Source: Candidatus Peregrinibacteria bacterium (GTDB taxonomy: Bacteria; Patescibacteriota; Gracilibacteria; UBA1369; JABINC01). Taken from it: a stretch of DNA of 64,000 bases. A program made the translations under genes and the position numbers. Numbering within the stretch: position 1 is the first letter of the stretch; the number at the start of each line of letters is the position of its first letter. The stretch spans positions 571 through 64,570 of the forward strand of contig JABINC010000041.1 of NCBI GenBank assembly GCA_018697675.1, written 5' to 3'. The notes beneath the pieces are model-generated. The model ran no database searches and was not told the DNA's origin. It worked only from the letters and a program-made list of their open reading frames with translations. Positions 61,101-64,000 of the stretch are shown piece after piece.

Positions 61101-64000
61101 AAGAAGAGAAATCGAATCAACAGAAAAAGGCTACTACTACATAGCTCATAATTCGGATAAAGTTAAATCTCGAGCAGTTCGCCTGAAACCATACCGAGCA
61201 ATCGAACGAGATCTTACAATGATAGAAAAAGCCGAATCAAAGGGGTCAGAGGCCTTCTCAGAACAATACGAAGACCTAGATAGCTGGCTCGATCATATAA
61301 ACAGCGCACGCAGCAGCTTCACCGATCGCTACGAAGGAGGCGAAATTATCAATCCAACACATTCAGAACTATCCAACAGGAGGATGGATCAACTAAAAGG
61401 TGATCTAGAATCATTCATGCCAGATGAATTTGGCCAGTTTGAGACAAGAGATCCTGAAAAAAGAAGAAAACTCATGGACAGAAGACAACAAATTGAGACC
61501 TTCTTTACAATCAGCGCCTTATCCGGAGTAGATAAACACAATAAACGCACCCTACTCGACTCAGGAGATTCAGACATGTTGGATGTATACAGAGAGGCAG
61601 AAATTCTCATCGACATGATACAAACTTGGTACACCGAAGAAGGGAAAGCCCGCCTAACAAACGAGGAGCTACAATACTTCCTTGGAGAAATGATCTTCAG
61701 AACGTTTTTCAACATTCACCGTGGGAAATACGAAACTAGCGGATATAAACCACCACAAGGCAGCGAGGTAATTCGAGAAAATCCATACTTCGTAACTCCG
61801 GGAGAGATATTCGACGATCCAGATGGGAATCGTGAAGACCCTAAAAAAACTCCTAGCAGAAAACATCGAATATACGTAACTATGGGACGATACCTGGCTC
61901 ATTTGAAAGGACATGCTGCAGACATGGCCAGAGGGATTGCTACCAACTATGTAAACAACCATCCAGACTCAAGGGACAAAGAAGCTCGAATTACAGCAAT
62001 GACTGATGATTTGATCGACCAAATATACGGTTACATACCGCAGCAAATTGCAGAAAAACTCGGTAAAACCCCAGAAGAAGCAGAGGAACTAGCAGAGTAC
62101 CTACTTTACAGAAACCTCGAAGATAGAATGACAGATAAATCCAGAGACTATTATATAAAAGCGCTTGGATTTGAAAAATTCCATGGAAACTCAGAAGACG
62201 CAAAGCAGAAAAGAAAAGACATGGATGAAATATTCGCAAAACCAGGAACCTTAAAAGCAATTTATGAAGTTTATGAAAGCGTATTTGGACCTAGTAACCA
62301 AGCGGAAGCACAATATTTAGAAAATCTAAATCCTGCATTCGCATCAGCACGTGGATTCACGGTAGAAGGCAAATACAACGACAAAATAGATGGCAAACAT
62401 TGGTACATGGCTGGTGGACGAGCGGTAGAAGCGATTAGCACGCAATTCGGAGGTCTCCGCCGTGCCGAAATCTACAAATTAAACGAACCAAGACGCCCAG
62501 GAGAAACTGCAGAAGACTATCAAGAGAGACAAGAGAGAGCAGAGGCAATATTAGAATACATGGCACCTCTAGCTCCAATAGGATCAGAAGGCGCAGAATA
62601 CTTCCCTCAATCAGAGGCAGATAGATTTTACTTCTTTGAAGGAGATGAAAATATAGAAGACCGAATCGAACATTCCCAAACAGAGAGGCAAGAAAGAGAT
62701 GGAGCAATCAAAACCTCAAAAGAAAAATACGATGCCATCACGATGACCTATACCGATGTGAAAGAATATTTATCAGCTCCATTGGGACTGATGATACTCG
62801 AATGGGCAGCGCTTTACCTTCCACAAGGACAGGCAGAAACAATGTACGACCTATTTGACACGGTACGTGATAAAGAAGAATTCAAAAGACTCGAAAAGGC
62901 TGGAGCAGTACTAAACCAAGACGAAAAAGAAGCATTCGCAGAATTCGTAAACCTAAATCAACTATTCCGAGAAATTGCCAAATTCCGAATGGATGGCGAT
63001 AAAAATGCATTCGACATGGTCGGATTAAACGAAAGTGAATACGAAGTGCAAATCCGATACGTACCTATTGATAACATCAACAACGGGATCGACAAATTAA
63101 CGGATAATTTGACTGGAATTCGTTTAGATACTCCTTTATCTGAGCTTCAAGACAACGCTAGAGATTTCCTAAGTACACAACTGGACAGAGACAATGCTGA
63201 AATAGATACAATTTTAACAAAATTCACAAACCCAACTGAATTAGCTTTAGAAATCTACAGACAAGCTCTTACACAAATGACCGGGCTATCAAGCCAAAAG
63301 ATCAAAACGATTTTAGCGAGCACCACGGATCCTGCAGAACTTCTAGAAAACGTGCAAAACGTAATTCAAGAGGAAAACCGAACAGACTACATGAACAAAA
63401 CTCGCGCAATCGTAGATGGTCGCGAACAAGATGTAATCCCAATGGCATTTATATTTAGCCACAAAAATCCTGACAATGTATCTCTAGTGAACGTCAGCGA
63501 ACTTGTAGCCCTAATCACATTCGGTAAATGTGGTAATTGGTCTACTGGATACAAAGCCGCATTGACAAACTTCACCCTCGATCAAACCAGCTCAACATAT
63601 GGGAAGGGACCAAAAGGAGTCAAACGTATCTCCACCGGAGCACCTAAACCAAAAATCGAAACATCCAGCGGAGAACTCCCAATCGGCTTCAACATCGGCG
63701 GCGCTATCAGAAGAGAGGATCCAGAGCCTATAGATAACACGGGGGACAAGGTTTCTCCAACAAGCTCTACAGATACTGATGTTCCAGACAATCAACAAGA
63801 AGGTGAAGATGGATACATAGATCCAGTTACTGGAGAATTCGTTCCATGGGATACAACAACTGGAGTACCTCCAATAGATGAAGCTGAGCCAACCTACCAT
63901 GCAGAAGACTTCACAATCGGATCCGGCACAGGAACATATGGTTCAAAAGAAAAGCCTAAGGGAATAGGTCGAAAAAAGAAAAAAAAGAAGAGAAAGAAAA
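43111..64000 (+). CDS. giant hypothetical protein (>=6,963 aa), 3' end beyond window
   Basis: ATG 43111 after A-rich leader. Frame +1 was stop-free wherever spot-translated (MTGPYHRFGP...GIGRKKKKKKRKK at the edge), and the ORF track lists no terminated frame +1 ORF here. Consistent GAA/GCA-rich codon usage. Confidence 0.93.
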   Translation, partial: MTGPYHRFGPNDPFSSPFGAQDNDLEKRLVWKTGEDEPSGNIGPGELEIPRGPEDIGRTFQENEATEEDISEMLAQLDNPEEKMNATIDRILPELERINDIGTQFEEARQIKAYPPTELKVREVGMDPKLTDDIVQGQEILKIFETRTASALTIEDFKASKSLRELYEKQGRDKPKTGSINFDDPEYFRDEIGLIKESMKFIGERSGVEPETIERYQATVTEQAILESADIETFKEIATGISNKRRFVASAKVIQKLETHGFTTFEEFQGFFYTSSGSSTKGIDAYLKELDIYDSLTAKERKDVRAICDRPILAKLYEVATLEKEEEESARRLAAKEAEDQEEERRRQEEERRMEQRRQEQEKEREERERREAEGRRQREQEEAEAEAARLEEQLERDEAARERKAPIKEAIDRTRSYLDGIDTSSATWDSLKQWEELQGDATDELIEEFNNTDTFRELKEEYIEKTMAIYIQDLQALDKDAFITKATDEQVYREKQSSVMQTGDGPITQPAQNKFMARTVFSLALKQIGLNSEIHFYTGMGADRREAMLQDVENLFAVFGTNDPNVDVKPDTTDTEFASRFERFKTTRLGATTTTTVATGPSKTGPTLPEDPLKYRTDAVKEAGGHYESLNDLHGGARTDLRNKYYPQAAKKYELLIKLIEENYGDKIEPGKHNPNNKAQITYKKAVIGLIASYNGFSPTSTKEFESRAALAQQLSAREGIFTTEEVSSIRTIARTFNIKLQPRTKVKVIGTGRLELSQSIENTDPEILEAFQALEENINSGAEKEHGNETYIYGDENVEYLFGAHSMQASADMKTIMINGTPLSLVGMRKGGKLVPKEGLSSEEQAEITAGTTIGELLIREFTVKNRLGTYKIKVTPVIPMGSDEILRLSVTITDPEGKEEKIPVREKEMRFGGVKKKVITKKDGELIVDLGKLKDESGKTTLASAEIKPLDESGIPKDPRALPGYMSEAIELHTTQGGNLSGLIQIAEAIEERFSNLEYENALCFAEMCAIVADRVFKQTIKKPQITLSEFNSGIELALKYQKKAKTYREKAGDVTQEGVDLDFIDETIHDHLLNILVPVQVSDTNKKYELKRTAKEGLINPETKELSEAIDRAVADLNTKRKKPKFRKDNKNPDGSITVYMMPEDSLNGVEISSGTTALSLKQIDEDEQARLATLDTEQRRQEEEARRRQAEEEAESRRQAEEEARRLAEEQERLRQEEQERQAALAWAGIDGKIEAIPDTEEELAAISTEILLQWYDPTEYDIAKKQFKLPESLLNKVIATYGLTNDRETLKQAYAEKTIEPNEVMQLSAILEKSKVVEEYFQPGHRAAKQDYDPALARINDLDDPLYEKLRDAAGITEVVAEGPTEVEQLTALAIESLKKLDFSRENLIAVAEMHMTIVGDAKPRRDEEKIDAVALIQFALNKQGGGISEEKAREIFNDSSEEDFDRMTESYQQLTAQYNDIVNVNSKLLTYTKTLVKEVVENSSTWGDKSWYEFRAFAYGTLENKMQSFTETDLESLRVWFNETTGKRAIALDAEPADTVLKDKTDFLEKLPVTANGNPDPAKIAEEFTLFEIARIYSKTNRLDGDAVVAMHLDKSLTDKGTIDKKAEEITDLIILNIETPERDKSSEQIMKCMKAIKKYCEDILTRRQYRAERRTVDTIRKVRAQNPKAMELDKYLALLPDGFPEDIEAQLRAEYLEKIGGGESIEKEDTIAWIKAMFPDASAIDAALNMGNIPANPNAALHALATMDNIALSAIENISTTEAPNGLLIIRDFESAKQKLRGTPTLRTELFTTPRVAGRYAARVAELRKAEKQFVLDETYKKYYKPTERQDSYPLGRDADIAGFRDATKGRLNGEDSINIVAKEGETEEMIESIWQTQFDSAFAQLSSPAMDKIETKYAAPDKMKKAIKDLGEPVPESFNEFIGRMKLGEVGEADPAKRYFTIFEEFYSKDESPNSPAEVLEADLKKLFKEIQPIVLAEFQEGQAQTEREQAIAEAKTALAQLPQEAGDRTRQLLTMNSGTTKEELLTDLKRTLGSSITKILAYPDETGVSINPLNDANSKTYEAAIRAAVGTKVAKLTEDESKEKLRTSETLNDLITAEGLDAFLSLEKADDEPSYAESLRSEYQRLAESYAEAKLESISADIEDPKKFGWVFVSDSLTDEHTAQADGTPYQSRDELRRSWLQGKTYDPAKFAEWYLEALNIPGKYARSIRTSSQTKTPIKEAFASSEKVKSILLFDYALTSTESRVSRADTATIQKWLDTTLVPEDRDPEKTRYPKIFYPQLFLEWVNEEFLNLDLTNVLTSEDKWDKDRRNKEIGKYLKELVAEDRVKEAVREFPEGVPVEELQETTKQLFQTDALNIYANAEQLIETLEAHYKTEGKLVELDSNPNGDPDRYDRFRQVALTALAGKFDHFKTSGFEIAEDETMRTSWLNMIQTYNLRSFAPHSFEIFDTTGGRGRKHVDLRDELDKTIGDLMTEAVDTFAEKYLEEALNDISLPAVKFRRYFAVAVAGDRIKYNAKTFYRAIAEGELPAGAGKEEAQNLEYITHFLENFDFAGTERKIKVQIAPETEALDTLYFYSGIPSAVKKWEEKSEKTWEQHATEGRTQKPRKATQAFITWFREELQTGTTPLELKSIKDEAILSELDQRIMDASDGKSTVELDLLNPLNPWEFEAMPEDEFKTAVADATKEIIEGRSDPLGEKGPDFSAANPKIGLIDLLATIDSRFPKNIIPDHSEAYYIILETALDAKMPFVKKAAEEASDWADLVAEYNLVGYMPELNRIDEAERFADSWSKANPTATFNDFETALRAEGLNPHSLLILERTIKIIQSNMIAARETELQEITGKGRMATRRRAEIAGKYNLETFAKTNWEAKNEITKKYYSQFAKLAKTVAENAAVTFATDLGKKKDWDEIAPDMQIDWDATPGEESDPDAAIQDDRETTSAIVKKSEFYLSFKERQKYFDFKAQSYDADKFFEWYIKNDSNFPADFKKESRFDVLPPQKRGVINEVLNEQKDLILLDTALSIATKEEALKKPVDALKLWLDGYNPVEDRIEGKVEISVDKFLEWVIKDETNMIDTEVVEVEVELDEGVKKNIGQTLLTFWKKELDAIVGPKERAKIEVEEIAANKDYAKDWVKKEDVIKLAGGPINYFTREKVFPKFDDPDQKIDSKTEKLIDQFTSDSADYLKIDGKLRPLDFGEVEKKRISTTLRQIDYRNEILPGADELVATEKRIATALTKALIAKITVGGTLQTQSFKDEKEALEVQLGLAPHTKKHADLPIIKSPVGQRAGQDEFFRELIDRFINPKTYGITMKGIDSHLLPFSKTGAGAEGKEILVADLEALLTRLENEYGYKSSDKDIGGIRDAVEDRPYLEARFEAAFREQQKEGRRDINNSEDQEFFEHGLTALTEKVAKGENIEEDLRKLTGSFSETLQEALEAEAMKYILVNTMEVLAVENPEALKTMADPAIDEKASFFRYLEYVGERTGLLIRNDDEINDVRLKAIFQSLLVITRSDDPEVPDERYDGRKNLYERFYDFSNNNLSYGEDREFRLWLDDSPGKLNPDEFLAEFKLLLKESTTSKEIKEHFERLEAFKNYLTSNVYANEISLTENLDGTLKTDSEGEDIWSLIRRLEANLIIEGQEEFLNLSPEEKLTQMVPMYEAAFMKHGSAEVDILEKLEKAQYDKLMGIRADREITYPQLSMIADIAGVILSPKEKGSKEIVIKENTDYIDLTKNPEEKDDMDTMEVIANNIRHYIDLRSNRRPSEGELRTERDLIEEIQYIYTKDVDKFDYPAVITRVLKAGKESKKWTSIKISEDIFLHNVIGNYPEQMDDIITMYMAGDDHNGYFYKYMQRQRYNRNPEALKSLKVEDLAKNLKEASGMPIRYLKKHFGLAAALEEYQEAALSPNDWLDLVVERRQTELEGLESELLKSKKDILEKKLKELEELEREKIGLEEQKEELEEDGGTYIEYDEGGDDPNADRRDTPIRIALDSEDGLAQDVDIDTVGDPVEELDNQIDVIEAQISELEWAIEFFHSLDGEIEGIEDEGVKTFIQKKLETLTEENFIQTMHDIDLIWSTIRNTEPELPGEAETIEISEEIDGSIPPRRQKWYDEILEFRNRDAADPTLEAEVVEAAQTLTRDLEQSSKKDNDIDVGEDLENHLAILEDESALRTAALMSQLLTTGNLDSDSEEIPTMAESEFDTLLMSVFSDENAFRTFSTAKRLTLESLADTWQAELNTERRKEIFQTLKKEFFRSIDSTFLAIAERSKTPEEYRTVMSYLVEKGDKNFQLQERYRYLFYELTKYAIPKETSETDKTGHELTEKEAFIDEKRAGLARDLSYQGALLEQEFRASTLNKGGKDNLKDSKVDFSNFQHLSKNVFTEKFRYAVRGGDFLTGREAERVYGSALGMLEASKAGRHDIIGFGDLALYSFYAKEKPKWYDPLALQKPKTALHAKEKFFTEFEELETLVKLQKTHKGDFEDGNYENEDWYKKDYLPAATSAALRVTDGQGPVYKALMEELKAGGMPHVLDVKHLRMEQFIVDSAKVIRVLERINQDIAIENLAANAEDYGKVETIVTYIETIYADDFADGSYETKDWYNKEYLPMIEVATRELKLTDEMVESLKKGELTEEIKELITEYNELPRSFKEIYEKIGYNKLSPKDREKVSPAELINLYELLLTQSKIYSTYSAKIHSNEGEKLIHEEWVAEWVEESYKPTMLEAVGLLNLDLTENEWESLKDPSSITVPQSLREMLDAYRSARPEILEAAHKDWTFKERKHAKKYDRIHESIISNKELLDPATHKDLRLHEGFMEAAETNPEYEFDDLRNAAGPYSEHDIAFNHPLTERLPQIDSFEAIYISDQFVKTFIEEFKMLDGIKPARKRALVEKFRKNPEDIAKLFYAANGIDALHRNPWDTFKINFEKDAAGEPTGRKWLVLDPIQFNIHQFVEHNADLLGSVEFKKPKPKEIFENPEGEGLIGIVSRIEEFEHVVFDQQEFALDRIQGGGDKLHSFMEYALRMHEMGRDEKGTDRPNRSELQAGETEKYRDPFEAFSNRDSAWDQYLGRTFDSEGNKENIDALRTEYADRMLRQGMSAMRILSVYPDSWDPRFEKMIDGDTISDFYESIQVLLGEEAVETLGLEEGGVLRGIEKLQDSEISFFGAENSQRLAELSERQIGALATVVQLGKVYEKVLIHGIERKEAVFQAFALHKYSEGDLTVDLPEILRAQDRMFAAQGIVLTPEELYSIGESLVKRIETNGIPTLVQSAEAYQTGSEYMDFRTLLAFPPNGITKRRYEEMEVFIDRISRDTKDSSEIDYITMTNALTDFPDLLADDEEFMAWKMKVLSDFDDQEVQDAIAPYASDELKENFGEYLDAYIKIRRWDRQVTDSYTERVERLFGDLAGEELAKNMPMYLKKYEEIQGKKEVQNELPYIAEYVYLRDSFESAKKGLPRGIMKLQMKALEKKEGFDMSNVDLYDSLQTKIDLLYKEGDELPDGKYPIEKLEEILVLNFGGILTRALYDMEEEASMNLFVGLGIDVNISAKRAALGINVGTELSPTDRLDLLVVLSPGNQFRISGGAMKTFEDLGKEDQGTLELFIHAGGDFLRGGFVGSAGFDHRTQVKDNLEVGGGAFISAEASEASVKLMAGGSFGIHTLSPESLEEKYAEQLEEARKGPLKTELRRLDDYFKKHPDFRELRPTELKPIRDGIEKAMEEILLMAIIDAEAGGAAMPKNIPIFKGIEFGGSAGVGFDPKAPFKSPLYLNAFIGVRLSVDGRIVMRRLVDPEHIMDEASDTAIMETMKDEKIVAGEMNLGAPISIEGLNVFSAARAREILRSWSRIEGQAKFYEAGSGSDKTRNPEGEIELELKNHYEMTVGIESKEKFMKKQRERFSGYLADYNRDISPAEVRFDQLESEDSYRARMTLSNTQGHTEIHIDPQAEDLVSVDPETGDLIFDFFSGFPIITKEVFEYESSHYGANTLNVYTIRFNRHLTRREIESTEKGYYYIAHNSDKVKSRAVRLKPYRAIERDLTMIEKAESKGSEAFSEQYEDLDSWLDHINSARSSFTDRYEGGEIINPTHSELSNRRMDQLKGDLESFMPDEFGQFETRDPEKRRKLMDRRQQIETFFTISALSGVDKHNKRTLLDSGDSDMLDVYREAEILIDMIQTWYTEEGKARLTNEELQYFLGEMIFRTFFNIHRGKYETSGYKPPQGSEVIRENPYFVTPGEIFDDPDGNREDPKKTPSRKHRIYVTMGRYLAHLKGHAADMARGIATNYVNNHPDSRDKEARITAMTDDLIDQIYGYIPQQIAEKLGKTPEEAEELAEYLLYRNLEDRMTDKSRDYYIKALGFEKFHGNSEDAKQKRKDMDEIFAKPGTLKAIYEVYESVFGPSNQAEAQYLENLNPAFASARGFTVEGKYNDKIDGKHWYMAGGRAVEAISTQFGGLRRAEIYKLNEPRRPGETAEDYQERQERAEAILEYMAPLAPIGSEGAEYFPQSEADRFYFFEGDENIEDRIEHSQTERQERDGAIKTSKEKYDAITMTYTDVKEYLSAPLGLMILEWAALYLPQGQAETMYDLFDTVRDKEEFKRLEKAGAVLNQDEKEAFAEFVNLNQLFREIAKFRMDGDKNAFDMVGLNESEYEVQIRYVPIDNINNGIDKLTDNLTGIRLDTPLSELQDNARDFLSTQLDRDNAEIDTILTKFTNPTELALEIYRQALTQMTGLSSQKIKTILASTTDPAELLENVQNVIQEENRTDYMNKTRAIVDGREQDVIPMAFIFSHKNPDNVSLVNVSELVALITFGKCGNWSTGYKAALTNFTLDQTSSTYGKGPKGVKRISTGAPKPKIETSSGELPIGFNIGGAIRREDPEPIDNTGDKVSPTSSTDTDVPDNQQEGEDGYIDPVTGEFVPWDTTTGVPPIDEAEPTYHAEDFTIGSGTGTYGSKEKPKGIGRKKKKKKRKK

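Noticed and set aside
43085-63900. Dozens of short, mostly minus-strand ORFs in the track (Ser/Phe/Leu-rich)
   Set aside because: Shadows of the Glu/Lys-rich giant + strand gene; no motifs or plausible starts
43111-64000. Possible non-coding desert or recoded (UGA=Gly) region
   Set aside because: Frame +1 is open under code 11; it is absent from the track only because it has no stop inside the window

Overview
Bacterial genomic DNA, most consistent with a Patescibacteria (CPR) genome of Peregrinibacteria type. This is inferred from AT-rich leaders lacking Shine-Dalgarno sites, archaeal-type TPI, SLH plus type IV pilus parts, and UGA used as stop (code 11). Positions 1-37.5 kb are mostly housekeeping genes (M24 peptidase, glmS, pyk, ruvC, pilD, manC, secDF, priA, trpS, pyrG, dnaG-rpoD-greA, wecA-like, truB, murE, hpf, tpiA). 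Oddities there include a SecDF with inserted parvulin PPIase domains, an SLH/beta-helix/TSP3 surface protein, a Sir2-like orphan, a degenerate Lgt, a protein with two PilC-like N-terminal domains and a broken HNH gene. The main feature is missing from the ORF track: one open frame from ATG 43111 that runs off the window end (>=6,963 aa). It encodes an acidic, mostly helical protein with two single-alpha-helix (ER/K) spacers, internal repeats, a Gly-rich amphipathic beta-strand module and a poly-Lys stretch. Three orphan helical/coiled-coil genes precede it, two of them single-pass membrane proteins. Together these form a candidate uncharacterised ~26 kb host-contact or envelope apparatus. No rRNA, tRNA, CRISPR array or intact transposase was seen by eye.
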